From contig NZ_SBIV01000001.1 in the NCBI RefSeq assembly GCF_004765795.1, positions 186,001 through 250,000 on the forward strand: a DNA stretch of 64,000 bases, given 5' to 3'. The notes under the pieces were generated by a model. It was not told the origin of the DNA and did no database searches. It saw nothing but the letters and a program-made list of their open reading frames with translations. The stretch is from Halorussus marinus (lineage in GTDB: Archaea > Halobacteriota > Halobacteria > Halobacteriales > Haladaptataceae). Shown piece by piece: positions 49,028-59,059 of this stretch (within the stretch, counting starts at the first letter, position 1; each line of letters opens with the position of its first letter). The position numbers and the translations under genes were made by a program.

Positions 49028-51472
49028 TTACTCCTCGAACCGTTCGGGGTCGTCGGCCGCCGCGACCGCCCGCACCGCCGCGACGTTCTCCTCGACGTCG
49101 TGGACCCGGACGATGTCGGCGCCGCGCTCGGCCGCGATCGCGGTCCCGGCCACCGTCGCCGCGGTCTTGTCCTCGCCCGCGTCGACGAGGTCGAACATCG
49201 ACTTGTGCGAGTGGCCGATCAACACCGGACACTCCAAGGCGTGAAACTCGTCGGTCCGCCCGAGGAGTTCGAAACTCTCGGCGGCGGCCTTCCCGAAGCC
49301 CAGTCCGGGGTCGACGACGATCTGCTCGCGGTCGAGCCCCGCCTTCTCGGCGAGCAGGACGCGCTCTTCGAGTTCGTCGATCACGTCTTCGACCACGTCG
49401 TCGTAGTCGACGTCACGGCCGGGAACCACCGGCGCGTCGATGCTGTGCATCACGATCAGCGCCGCGTCGTGGTCCGCCGCAACGAACCGCATCTCGGGGT
49501 CTTCGAGCCCGGAGACGTCGTTCAGGATGTCGGCGCCGGCCTCGATCGCGGCCTCGGCGACCGCCGCCTTCCGGGTGTCGATCGAGATCGCGGCGTCGAG
49601 GTCGGCGATGCGCTCGATCACGGGCACCACGCGGTCGATCTCGGTCTCGACCGGGACCTCGTCGGCGCCCGGTCGAGTCGACTCTCCGCCCACGTCGACG
49701 ATGTCGACGCCCGCCGCGACCATCTCCTCGGCGCGGGCGACCGCGTCCTCGACCCGGTCGTACTCGCCGCCGTCGTGGAAGCTGTCGGGCGTGACGTTCA
49801 GGACGCCCATCACGGCGGTGCCGTCCGCCCACGGGTAGTCCGGATCGTCGGACTCGGTCTGGATGTCGAGCGCCGCCCGGAGGTCGTCGGCGAACACCGA
49901 CAGGCCGTACGGCTGGCCGTCGAGCTTCCCGGCGAGTCGCTTGAACTGCGCGAGCGTCCCCATCAACACGACGTCGACGTTCTGGTCGCTCTGTTCGTTG
50001 AGCCCCGAGATGGCACACTCCCCGCCGAGGCTCAGCATCTCCTCTTTGAGGTAGCGGGCCTGTCGCTCCTGCACCCGGGTCTTGAGCACGCGGTGGACCG
50101 CTTTCCCGCGCATCCGCCAGACGCCGGGGTCGGTGACGTGGGCGTCTTCGAGGGTCTCGCGGGCGTCGTCGATGTCCCGGACGTGCTTGGGGATCTCGGC
50201 GCGGGTCCACCGCGAGCGGGCCTCCGCGACCGCGAACAGCGAGCCGGCGACCAGCACCATGTCGTCGTCGCCGGCCGCCGACAGCGCGTTCTCCAGCGCG
50301 CCCTCGACCGCGCTCCGGGTCAGGACCTCGCCGGCGCCCGCCGCCTCGAACACCCGACCGACGACCGCCTCCTCTTCGGCCCGGTCGAGGTTGGGCCGGC
50401 ACGCGACCGCCCGGTCGGGCGTCGGGAGCGCCTCGGCCATCGCCCGGAGGTCCTTGTCGTGCATCGCGCCGAACACGAGGTGCAGATCGTCGTACTCGCC
50501 GTCGAACTCCGCGACGGTGTCGGCCAGCGCCTCGCAGGCCCCGGGGTTGTGCGCGCCGTCGAGCACCACGATCGGGTCCCGACCCATCACCTCGAACCGG
50601 CCGGGCCAGTCGGCCTTCCGGAGCCCGCGGGCCAGCTCGGTCTCGGTCACGTCTCCGACCTGTCTGGCGAGCGCGGCGGCGACGCCCGCGTTCCGGGCCT
50701 GATACTCGCCCAACAGCGGGATCGGGGTCTCGACCGACCAGTCCGGGCCGGCGAGCGCGACCTCCGCCTCGGTGTGGTTGGTCCGGCCCTCGTAGCTTGC
50801 CCGCACGTCGGCCTCGGCGTCGGGCCCGACCCGGACCACGTCGCCGGCCTGCATCCGGACCGCGTCGAAGGCCTCGCCGTCGGTGGCGGTCACCAGCGGC
50901 GCGTCGGCGGGCGCGACGTGGGCCTTGTCGTGGGCGATCTCCTCGATCGTCTCGCCGATGATGCCCGTGTGTTCGAGGGTGACGCTCGTGACCGCGCTCG
51001 CGACGGGGTCGACGACGCTGGTGGCGTCGTATTTCCCGCCGATCCCGACCTCCAGCACCGCGACGTCGACGTCCTCGCGTCCGAAGTGCCACAGCGCCAG
51101 CCCGGTCAGCACCTCGAAGAACGTCGGCGCGTCGCCGTCGGCCGCCCGGTCCTCGACGTACTCTCTGATCGACTCGACGTACGTCTCGACCGCCGCCTTC
51201 CGGACCTTTCGGCCGTTCACCTGGACGCGCTCGCGCACGTCGTCGAAGTGCGGGGAGGTGTACAACCCCACGTCGAGGCCCGCCTCCCGGAGGACGCGCT
51301 CGGTCATCCGGGCGGTCGAGCCCTTCCCGTTCGACCCCGCGACCTGCACGTAGTCGACGCCCTCGTGGGGGTCCCCGAGGTGCGAGAGGAGGTCGGCCGT
51401 CGACTCCGTCCCCGGCTTGGGACGGAAGCGACGCACGTCGAACAGGAAGTTCGCCGCCTCGTGGTAGTTCAT
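49028..51472 (-). CDS. folCP: FolC-FolP fusion (folylpolyglutamate synthase, linker domain, dihydropteroate synthase)
   Basis: GSNGKGS, EVGIGG and DGAHNP (FolC); LKEEMLSLGG linker; MGVLNVTPDSFHDGG and DPGLGFGK (FolP). Confidence 0.93.
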   Translation of the reverse strand: MNYHEAANFLFDVRRFRPKPGTESTADLLSHLGDPHEGVDYVQVAGSNGKGSTARMTERVLREAGLDVGLYTSPHFDDVRERVQVNGRKVRKAAVETYVESIREYVEDRAADGDAPTFFEVLTGLALWHFGREDVDVAVLEVGIGGKYDATSVVDPVASAVTSVTLEHTGIIGETIEEIAHDKAHVAPADAPLVTATDGEAFDAVRMQAGDVVRVGPDAEADVRASYEGRTNHTEAEVALAGPDWSVETPIPLLGEYQARNAGVAAALARQVGDVTETELARGLRKADWPGRFEVMGRDPIVVLDGAHNPGACEALADTVAEFDGEYDDLHLVFGAMHDKDLRAMAEALPTPDRAVACRPNLDRAEEEAVVGRVFEAAGAGEVLTRSAVEGALENALSAAGDDDMVLVAGSLFAVAEARSRWTRAEIPKHVRDIDDARETLEDAHVTDPGVWRMRGKAVHRVLKTRVQERQARYLKEEMLSLGGECAISGLNEQSDQNVDVVLMGTLAQFKRLAGKLDGQPYGLSVFADDLRAALDIQTESDDPDYPWADGTAVMGVLNVTPDSFHDGGEYDRVEDAVARAEEMVAAGVDIVDVGGESTRPGADEVPVETEIDRVVPVIERIADLDAAISIDTRKAAVAEAAIEAGADILNDVSGLEDPEMRFVAADHDAALIVMHSIDAPVVPGRDVDYDDVVEDVIDELEERVLLAEKAGLDREQIVVDPGLGFGKAAAESFELLGRTDEFHALECPVLIGHSHKSMFDLVDAGEDKTAATVAGTAIAAERGADIVRVHDVEENVAAVRAVAAADDPERFEE

Positions 51473-51521
51473 ACCTGCGTGGACTCACGCCGTTCGCTTA
51501 GGCGTGTCGGAACTCGACCTA

Positions 51522-51769
51522 CGACCGTTTCCAGCGGGCGGCCCGCGAGCGCGCCGCCCGTGCAAAACGTCGATGAAAACCACCGGGAGAGCGAAGCTCT
51601 CCGGAGCCTGCGTTCGCTCCGCTCACGCAGACGCGGCGCTCGCTCCGACGTTCGCTTCGCTCACTCCGGTCGTCGCTTGGTCCGCTCGCTCCTCGTGGTC
51701 CGAGACAGCGACGCTCTCTTCTCATCGCGAAGGGCGATGGCGTTCGACGACTTCGCTCGTCGCTCGCGG
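51522..51769 (+). repeat. Hairpin-rich intergenic repeat, copy 4 (longest)
   Basis: CGGGCGGC/GCCGCCCG stem, GCAAAACGTCGATGAAAAC core, GGAGAGCGAAGCTCTCC hairpin, ends CGCTCGCGG. Confidence 0.7.
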
Positions 51770-51806
51770 GACGACGACTCGATGCGAACCCGGAACGGCG
51801 CTCGGG

Positions 51807-52316
51807 CTACCGCTCGAACTCCCGTTCGAGTTCGCGGAGCTCGCGGTCGATTCGATCCTCGCTCGTCGTCTCGTCTTCCAGCAGTTCCCGGAGCCGGCGC
51901 TCGTATTCGAGTTCGGTGATCTCGCCGTCGACATACTCGCGTTTGAGCGCCTCGATCCGGTCCTCGGTGGTGGGCTCGAACCGGTCGGCGAGCCCGTACT
52001 CGCGGGCGTCCCCGGAGACGCGCTCGACCCCGCGGGCCACCCGGGCGAGTCGCTCGTCACGGGGGAGCGACGCCCGTCGGACGGCCGCGACCGAAGTCCC
52101 GATCAACAACAGGAACGAGAGCACGCCGACGAACCCGGCCGCGAGGAGGTACGGCGCGGCGGCGTCGAGCGCGACGAACACCAGCGGCGCGGTGCCGGTC
52201 GCTCCCGCGAGCGCCGAGGCGACCGCCAGCAGGCCGAACGCCGCGAGGCCGGCGATCGCGAACAGCGAGAGGGCGAAGGCCCCGAGGAGGAGCGAGACCC
52301 GTCGATCCATAGCCAT
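51807..52316 (-). CDS. Membrane protein with C-terminal SHOCT domain
   Basis: Two TM helices; IEALKREYVDGEITELEYERRLRELL. Confidence 0.8.
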   Translation of the reverse strand: MAMDRRVSLLLGAFALSLFAIAGLAAFGLLAVASALAGATGTAPLVFVALDAAAPYLLAAGFVGVLSFLLLIGTSVAAVRRASLPRDERLARVARGVERVSGDAREYGLADRFEPTTEDRIEALKREYVDGEITELEYERRLRELLEDETTSEDRIDRELRELEREFER

Positions 52317-52478
52317 CACCGTCGTTTGGGGCGGCGCGTACTTGAGTCCGTTCGTGCGATCGCCGCCCGCCGCCCGGAAGCCGTCGAGACTCCGTCGGCC
52401 GCGAGTCGATCGATCCCGTTCGCGAGGCGTCGAGCGCCCCGACCGGGACCGTCGCGTGACCGGTCACAGCGGGGCGGT

Positions 52479-54122
52479 TCAGTCGTGTCTGAAACACCGC
52501 GTCCCGGTGAACACCATCGCCATGTCGCGTTCGTTCGCGGTCTCGATCACGTCGTCGTCGTTGACCGACCCGCCCGGCTGGATCACGGCCTCGATGCCCG
52601 CCTCGGCGGCGGCCTCGATGGCGTCCGGGAACGGGAAGAAGGCGTCGCTCGCCATCACCGCGCCCTCGGCGGACTTGCCCTCGGCGTCGCTGTCGGCCTT
52701 CATCTTCGCGATCTCGACGGCGTCGACGCGGCTGACCTGTCCCGCGCCCACGCCGACCGTCTCGGTGCCGTCGGCGAACACGATCGCGTTGGACTTGACG
52801 TGCTTGATGGTCTGCCACGCGAACAGCAGGCTCTCGTACTGGTCGTCGGTCGGCTCGCGGTCGGTGACGACGTCGAGGTCGTCCCGGGTCGGCGCCTGCA
52901 GGTCGCGCTCCTGGACGAGTCGACCCCCGACGAGGTCCTTCTCGGTGGTCGGCTCGGTGACGTCGCCCAGTTCGCCGTCGGTCCCGCCCGCGCCGCTCGC
53001 GGAGACGTCGAGCACTCGGAGGTTGTCCTTCTCGAAGAGCACCGCTCGGGCGTCGTCGTCGTACCCGGGCGCGACCACGACCTCCTTGAACGAGTCGACG
53101 ACCAGCTCGGCGGTGGCCCGATCGCAGGTGCGGTTCAGCGCGACGATGCCGCCGAACGCGCTCTTGGGGTCGGTCGCGAGCGCGCGGTCGTAGGCGTCGG
53201 CGAGCGTCTCGGCGGTGGCACACCCCGCGGGGTTGGTGTGTTTGATGACCGCGGCGGCCGGCCGGTCGAACTCCTTGACGAGGTTCAGGGCGGCGTCGGC
53301 GTCGTTGTAGTTGTTGTACCCCATTCCCTTGGCGCCCTCGTTGCGTTGGGGGGCGTCGACGACGCTGGCCTCCTCGCAGGTCGCGTCGGCGTACAGCGCG
53401 GCGTCCTGATGGGGATTCTCGCCGTATCGCAACTCGGCCGCGCGGTCGGCGGTTTCGACTCGCCGGGCGGGGAACTGCCCGCCGGCGTCGCCCTCGACTC
53501 GGACCTCGCCCGCCGCCTCGTCGACGGTCGCGCGGCCCTCGGCGAACCACTTCACGGCGCGCGGGTAGGCCTTGAACTCGCCCTCGGAGAGGACCCGGTC
53601 TTTGAGCGACTCGCGGTCGTCGCCGTCGTAGATCGGAACCGGCTCCTGGGTCACGATCGGACCGGCGTCGACCTCGGACTCGACGACGTCCCCCTCGTCG
53701 TCGGTCGCGTCGGTGACGACGTGGACGGTACACCCCGTCACGGAGACCCCGGCGTCGAGCGCGTCGCCCCACGCGTCGGTCCCGGGGAACGACGGGAGCA
53801 GCGAGGGGTGGACGTTCAGCGTCGTCGGCGCCGCATCGAGGAAGGTGTCCGAGAGGATGCGCATGTAGCCGTCGAGACAGATCAGGTCCGCGCCGTGGCC
53901 GTCGAGCGCGTCGAGGACGCGGCGCTCGTGGTCCCGGCGCGACTCGTCGTCGCGGGGTTCCACGACCTCGGTCGGGATGTCGCGCTCGTCGGCGTCGGCC
54001 AGCACGGGCGCGTCCGCGTCGGTGGTTACCACGACGCCGATCTCGGCCCCGCCGGGCGCGAGGTCGTCGAGTCGGAGGAGGTTGCGACCGCGATTCCCGG
54101 CCAGTCCCGCGATTCGTGTCAT
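52479..54122 (-). CDS. purNH: PurN-PurH fusion (GAR transformylase plus AICAR transformylase)
   Basis: GYMRIL and NVHPSLLP (PurN); LRYGENPHQ, KHTNPAG, KSNAI, ASDAFFPF and IQPGGS (PurH). Confidence 0.93.
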   Translation of the reverse strand: MTRIAGLAGNRGRNLLRLDDLAPGGAEIGVVVTTDADAPVLADADERDIPTEVVEPRDDESRRDHERRVLDALDGHGADLICLDGYMRILSDTFLDAAPTTLNVHPSLLPSFPGTDAWGDALDAGVSVTGCTVHVVTDATDDEGDVVESEVDAGPIVTQEPVPIYDGDDRESLKDRVLSEGEFKAYPRAVKWFAEGRATVDEAAGEVRVEGDAGGQFPARRVETADRAAELRYGENPHQDAALYADATCEEASVVDAPQRNEGAKGMGYNNYNDADAALNLVKEFDRPAAAVIKHTNPAGCATAETLADAYDRALATDPKSAFGGIVALNRTCDRATAELVVDSFKEVVVAPGYDDDARAVLFEKDNLRVLDVSASGAGGTDGELGDVTEPTTEKDLVGGRLVQERDLQAPTRDDLDVVTDREPTDDQYESLLFAWQTIKHVKSNAIVFADGTETVGVGAGQVSRVDAVEIAKMKADSDAEGKSAEGAVMASDAFFPFPDAIEAAAEAGIEAVIQPGGSVNDDDVIETANERDMAMVFTGTRCFRHD

Positions 54123-54290
54123 ACCCGAACGAGCGCCCGCCGCGGCAAAAGAATTTGCGGTTGCGAACCGACTAATACCCACCAACGTGTATATCAATGA
54201 CCCATTTGTCGCCTCCCATCCCGGCTACTGTGCACGAGCGTGCGTTCTGCGACCGATACGCTTTTTGCCCGCGCACGGACACTCACTGTC

Positions 54291-55679
54291 ATGAACTCCC
54301 TGTACGCGGTTTCGCCGCTCGACGGCCGGTACGCCGGTCGAACCGAACCCCTCCGCGAGTACGCCAGCGAGGCCGCGCTGATGCGGGCCCGCGTCCGGGT
54401 CGAGGTCGAGTACCTCCTCGCGCTGGCGGACCTCGACGCGACCCCGCTCGAACTCGACGCCGCGGACCGATCGGACCTCCGGGCCCTCTACGAGGGGTTC
54501 GACGAGGCCGACGCCGGGCTGATCAAGCGGATCGAGACCGAGGGGTACGGCGACTACGCCGCGACCAACCACGACGTGAAGGCCGTCGAGTACTTTGTGC
54601 GCGAGCACCTCCCCGAGGGGTCCGAGGCCGCCTCGTGGATCCACTTCGGGCTCACGAGCGAGGACGTGAACAACCTCGCTCACCGCCTGCTCGTCCGGGG
54701 CGCGGTCGACGACGTGCTCGTGCCACAACTCCACGCGGTCCGGGACGCGCTCGCGGACTTCGCCCGCGAGCACCGCGACGTGCCGATGCTCGCCCGGACC
54801 CACGGCCAGCCCGCTACGCCGACGACGTTCGGCAAGGAGATGGCGGTGTTCGCCTCGCGGCTCGGGCGAGCGATCGGCCGCGTGAAGGCCGCCACCGAGG
54901 AGCTAGAGGGCAAGCTCGCGGGCGCGTCGGGCACCTACGCCGCCCACGTCGCCGCCTACCCCGACGTCGATTGGCCCGGCTTCGCCCGGGAGTTCGTCGC
55001 CGAACTGGGCTTCGAGCAGGCGCCGCTGACCACGCAGGTCAACCCCTGCGACGATCTGGCGGCGCTGTTCGACGCCCTTCGGGGCGCGAACAACGTCCTG
55101 CTCGACCTCGATCGGGACGCGTGGCGCTACGTCAGCGACCGCTACCTCGGCCAGGAGGCCGCCGCGGGCGAGACCGGCTCGTCGACGATGCCCCACAAGG
55201 TCAACCCGATCGACTTCGAGAACAGCGAAGGCAACCTCTCGAAGGCCAACTCGGATCTGGTCTTTCTGGGCGACTACGTGACCGAGTCGCGCCTCCAGCG
55301 GGACCTCTCGGACTCGACGGTCAAGCGGAACGTCGGCGCGGCGTTCGCCTACTGCCTGCTGGGGTATCTCAAGCTCCGGGACGGCCTCTCGAAGGTGGTC
55401 CCCAACGAGCAGGTGATGGCCGAGGAGCTCGAAGCCACCCCCGAGGTCATCGGCGAGGCCGTCCAGACCATCCTCCGGCGCGAGGGCCACGACGACGCCT
55501 ACGAGCGCGTCAAAGCGCTGACCCGCGGCCGGCGCGTGACGCTGGAGGACTTCCGCGAGCTGTTCGAGGAGTTAGCCGTCGACGAGGACACCCGCGAGGA
55601 ACTGCTCGCGCTGACGCCTGCCGGTTACACGGGCGTCGCGAGCGACATGGTCGACGCGCTCGACGCCGCCGACCGGTAG
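54291..55679 (+). CDS. purB: Adenylosuccinate lyase
   Basis: SPLDGRY, TNHDVKAVEY, HFGLTSED and GSSTMPHKVNPIDFEN. Confidence 0.96.
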   Translation: MNSLYAVSPLDGRYAGRTEPLREYASEAALMRARVRVEVEYLLALADLDATPLELDAADRSDLRALYEGFDEADAGLIKRIETEGYGDYAATNHDVKAVEYFVREHLPEGSEAASWIHFGLTSEDVNNLAHRLLVRGAVDDVLVPQLHAVRDALADFAREHRDVPMLARTHGQPATPTTFGKEMAVFASRLGRAIGRVKAATEELEGKLAGASGTYAAHVAAYPDVDWPGFAREFVAELGFEQAPLTTQVNPCDDLAALFDALRGANNVLLDLDRDAWRYVSDRYLGQEAAAGETGSSTMPHKVNPIDFENSEGNLSKANSDLVFLGDYVTESRLQRDLSDSTVKRNVGAAFAYCLLGYLKLRDGLSKVVPNEQVMAEELEATPEVIGEAVQTILRREGHDDAYERVKALTRGRRVTLEDFRELFEELAVDEDTREELLALTPAGYTGVASDMVDALDAADR

Positions 55680-55680
55680 C

Positions 55681-55854
55681 TCACCCGAGCCAGCGGTCGA
55701 GCGCGAACAGCGACCCGATGAGCACGGAGACCCCGAGCAGGTACGGGCCGACCGTCGCCAGCGTCCCGGTGGTCGCGGCGCCGGCGACCGCCACCCCGAC
55801 GAGTAGCGCCGCGGCGCCGAACCCCTTCGAGAGCGTCGTCGAGTCGGCCGCCAT
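55681..55854 (-). CDS. 57-aa two-TM membrane protein missing from the ORF track
   Basis: MAADSTTLSKGFGAAALLVGVAVAGAATTGTLATVGPYLLGVSVLIGSLFALDRWLG*; TTATTA box 24-29 nt upstream. Confidence 0.7.
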   Translation of the reverse strand: MAADSTTLSKGFGAAALLVGVAVAGAATTGTLATVGPYLLGVSVLIGSLFALDRWLG

Positions 55855-55896
55855 GTCCGGATGGGAGTGTCGACGGCTAATAAGTCCCGCCGGTCC

Positions 55897-56982
55897 TCAG
55901 CCGACCAGCGACGAGAGCGCCGTCTCGACCGCCTCGGCCGCTCGCTCGACCTCGCTCGCGCGGACGTACTCGCGGGGCGCGTGGGCGACCGCGCCCTCGT
56001 CGTCGGCCAGCGCGCCCGGTCCGAACACCACGGTCGGCGCCCGGTCGGCGAAGTAGGCGGCCTCGGTCGCCGCGCCGAACGGCCGGACCGCCCCGCCGCT
56101 GGCCGCGGCGAGCGCGCGTACGATCTCGGCGTCGGCGGGCGTCTCGAACGCCTCCAGAAACGGCATCTTCCACTCCGGGAGCGACACGTCGACGCCCGCG
56201 CCGTCGGGCGCGCGCTCGCGGAGGTGTGCCTCCAGCGCCGCCCGGAACCCCTCGGGGGTCTCGGGCGGGACGCTCCGGCGGTCGACCACGACCGAACACG
56301 TCGCCGGGACCTGATTCGCGGCCGAGCCCCCCTCGACGGTCGTCGGCGTCAGCGTGGGCGCCCCGAGCAGTTCGGTGGGATCGGGCGTCCCCTCGCGGTC
56401 GCCGAAGTCGTCGAACGACGAGAGCAGGTCGCCGGCCACCCGCACGGCGTTGACCCCCGATTCGGGCTCGGCGGCGTGGGCGCTCGCGCCCGCGACCTCG
56501 ACGGTCGCCTGAAATCGGCCCTTCGCGGCGGTGCAGACGTCGAGTTCGGTCGGTTCGCCGACCACGAACGCGTCCGGGTCGGGATCGAACGAGAGCGCGC
56601 GGGCGCCCGCGGTCTCGGTCTCCTCGTCTGGCGTGACCGCGAGGGTCACCCGACCGCGCTCGGGGTCGGTCCGGAGGAAGGCCGCGAGCAGGGCGGCAAG
56701 CGGGCCCTTCGCGTCGCAGGCGCCCCGGCCCCGGATCACGTCGCCCGAGTCCCGGGCGTACTCGACGTGGGGCGGGACGGTGTCGATGTGGGTGTTGAGG
56801 ACGACGTGCGGGCCGGACTCGCCCGACTCGCGGACCGCGAGGGTGTTGCCCGCCTGGTCGACCCGGGGGACGACCCCGCCGGCTTCGAGGGTCTCGACCA
56901 GCAGGTCGCGCATCTCGGTCACGTCGTCGTGTGAGGGCGTCCGGACGGCGTCTTCGAGGAACGCGACGGGGTCGAAGCTCAC
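55897..56982 (-). CDS. dapE: M20 metallopeptidase, probable succinyl-diaminopimelate desuccinylase
   Basis: NTHIDTV, GRGACDAKG, DEE, GEPT and AHAPRE; last gene of the dap operon, GTGA overlap with dapF. Confidence 0.8.
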   Translation of the reverse strand: MSFDPVAFLEDAVRTPSHDDVTEMRDLLVETLEAGGVVPRVDQAGNTLAVRESGESGPHVVLNTHIDTVPPHVEYARDSGDVIRGRGACDAKGPLAALLAAFLRTDPERGRVTLAVTPDEETETAGARALSFDPDPDAFVVGEPTELDVCTAAKGRFQATVEVAGASAHAAEPESGVNAVRVAGDLLSSFDDFGDREGTPDPTELLGAPTLTPTTVEGGSAANQVPATCSVVVDRRSVPPETPEGFRAALEAHLRERAPDGAGVDVSLPEWKMPFLEAFETPADAEIVRALAAASGGAVRPFGAATEAAYFADRAPTVVFGPGALADDEGAVAHAPREYVRASEVERAAEAVETALSSLVG

Positions 56983-57824
56983 GCCTCGCCCACCCGGCGC
57001 GGCTCCGGGGTCGTGGTGACCTCGCCGTCGAACTCCCGCTCGGTCGGGCCGGTGAGGGTCGCCCGGCCGTCCCGGAAGGTCACGTCGAGGCGGCCGCCCG
57101 GCGGGTGGACCGCGACCGAGGGGTCGGTCGTCCGGCCGAGGCGTCGGGCCGCCACCGCGATGGCGACCGCGCCCGTCCCGCACGAGCGGGTCTCGCCCTC
57201 GACGCCGCGCTCGAAGGTCCGTTGGTCGAACCCGCCGTCGGGCCGGGGCGCGGCGAGGTTGACGTTCGCGCCCTCCGGGAAGACGTCGGCGTGTCGGACC
57301 GCGGGCGCGACCGCGTCGAGGTCGACCGCGTCCACGTCGTCGACGAACGCCACGGCGTGGGGGACCCCGGTGTTGACCGCGGTGAGTTCGAGGCCTTCGA
57401 TCTCCTCGGCGACGAGCGGGTCGTCCCGGGCGGCCGGGACCGCCGCGGGGTCGAAGGTGGGCTCGCCCATCTCGATGGTGACCGCGCCGTCGCTGATCTC
57501 GGCCCGGCGAGTCCCGGCCTGCGTGTCGAGCATGATCCGGTCGGCACCGGTCCGCTCGGCCGCCCACTTGGCGGCACACCGCGCCCCGTTGCCACACATC
57601 GCGGCGGTCGAGCCGTCGGGCTGGACCAGCGTCATCACCGCCCGGGGCGGCGAGAACTGGGGTTCCAGCGCCAGAAAGAGGACGCCGTCGGCCCCGACGC
57701 CCTCCGTCGACGCGGGGTCACAGACCGCCCGCGCGAACGCCGCCCTGTCGGGGACGTACTCGTCTGCGTCTACAATTACGAAATCGTTGCCGGTGCCGTG
57801 GTACTTCTGGTACGCGATGCTCAT
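56979..57824 (-). CDS. dapF: Diaminopimelate epimerase
   Basis: KYHGTGNDF, MCGNGARC, GVPH and ERGVEGETRSCGTG. Confidence 0.95.
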   Translation of the reverse strand: MSIAYQKYHGTGNDFVIVDADEYVPDRAAFARAVCDPASTEGVGADGVLFLALEPQFSPPRAVMTLVQPDGSTAAMCGNGARCAAKWAAERTGADRIMLDTQAGTRRAEISDGAVTIEMGEPTFDPAAVPAARDDPLVAEEIEGLELTAVNTGVPHAVAFVDDVDAVDLDAVAPAVRHADVFPEGANVNLAAPRPDGGFDQRTFERGVEGETRSCGTGAVAIAVAARRLGRTTDPSVAVHPPGGRLDVTFRDGRATLTGPTEREFDGEVTTTPEPRRVGEA

Positions 57825-59059
57825 CTGTTGGTCTCCATCCTCGTCACGTCCGCCATCGTTTCGCGTCGCCGCGCCACCCGGGCCGAGCCGCCGTCGAGGA
57901 CGACCGAGGCGGGGCGGGGACGGGAGTTGTACTGGCTCGCCATCTCGTAGCCGTAGGCGCCGGCGTTACCGATCGCGAGCAGGTCGCCGCGCTCGGGGGC
58001 CGCGAGGTCGTGGTCGCCGAAGGTGTCGGCGCTCTCACAGACCGGGCCGGCGACCGTGACCGCCCGGTCGGGGCGGTCGGCGCCCGCGGCCGAGAGGTTC
58101 CGTATCGCGTGGTGAGCGTCGTAGATCGCGGGCCGGGCGAGGGTCGTCATCCCCGCGCCGACGCCGACGACCGTCGCGGTCGGCGCCTCCTTGACCGTGT
58201 TGACCGCGGTGAGCAACACCCCGGCGTCGGCGACGAGATACCGGCCGGGCTCGACCGCGAGGGTCGCCTCGACCGCACCGAGCGCCTCGCGGGTCGCCGC
58301 CGCGACCGAGTCGAGGTCGAGCGGTTGCTCGTCGGGGCGGTAGGGCACGCCGAAGCCCCCGCCGACGTCCACGAACTCCAGTCCGCCGACCTCGCGGGCG
58401 AGGTCGCCCATCCGGGCCACCAGTTCGCGGTGGGCCGAGAGGTCCTCGCCCGAGATGCCGCTCCCGGCGTGGGCGTGGAGCCCCACGACGTCGAAATCCG
58501 CGCGCGCCGACGCGACGAGTTCGGGGACGTCGTCGTAGGGCACGCCGAACTTGGCGTCGGCGCCGGTCGCCACCTTCTCGTGGTGGCCCGCCCCGACGCC
58601 CGGGTTCACCCGAACGCAGAGCCGGCCGTCGTAGCCGCGCTCGGCGAGCCGTTCGACGGTGTCGGGCGCGCCCGCCGTGATCGTGACGCCCGGATTCTCG
58701 GCGGCGAGGTCGACCGCCCGGTCGAGGTCCGCGTCCGGGGGGTTCACCGCGGTGTACTGGACGCGCTCGCCCGGCACGCCGGCGTCGAGCGCGCGCCGGA
58801 GTTCGCCGGGCGAGGCGCACTCGACGCCCGCGCCCTCCTCGGCGAGCGCCCGGAGCGCCGGCCGGACGGTGTTGGCCTTCGCGGCGTAGTGGACCTCGGC
58901 GTCGGGGAACGCGGCCGCCATCCGGCGATAGTTCCGCCGGACGCGGTCCAGATCGAGCACGTAGAGCGGGGTCCCGTGCTCGTCGGCCAGTTCCGCGAGC
59001 CGGTCGGCCGACCAGTCGGCGAGCCGTCGTACCGGTGGATCGTCACGTTCCATGGTCAC
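57821..59059 (-). CDS. lysA: Diaminopimelate decarboxylase
   Basis: YAAKAN, KFG, HAHAGS, GGGFG, EPGR, GPVCES and GAYG. Confidence 0.95.
   Translation of the reverse strand: MTMERDDPPVRRLADWSADRLAELADEHGTPLYVLDLDRVRRNYRRMAAAFPDAEVHYAAKANTVRPALRALAEEGAGVECASPGELRRALDAGVPGERVQYTAVNPPDADLDRAVDLAAENPGVTITAGAPDTVERLAERGYDGRLCVRVNPGVGAGHHEKVATGADAKFGVPYDDVPELVASARADFDVVGLHAHAGSGISGEDLSAHRELVARMGDLAREVGGLEFVDVGGGFGVPYRPDEQPLDLDSVAAATREALGAVEATLAVEPGRYLVADAGVLLTAVNTVKEAPTATVVGVGAGMTTLARPAIYDAHHAIRNLSAAGADRPDRAVTVAGPVCESADTFGDHDLAAPERGDLLAIGNAGAYGYEMASQYNSRPRPASVVLDGGSARVARRRETMADVTRMETNR

Noticed and set aside
51522..51769. Possible tRNA or known ncRNA
   Set aside because: No cloverleaf or T-loop consensus; better explained as the longest copy of the intergenic repeat family.
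48920..51919. 999-aa plus-strand ORF
   Set aside because: Antisense shadow of folCP; Arg/Gly/Val-rich with no motifs, as expected in high-GC DNA.
54170..54240. TrmB-like or palindromic sites in the purNH/purB divergent promoter
   Set aside because: The best match has two mismatches to TACT-N7-GAGTA and the palindromes are short; too weak to call.
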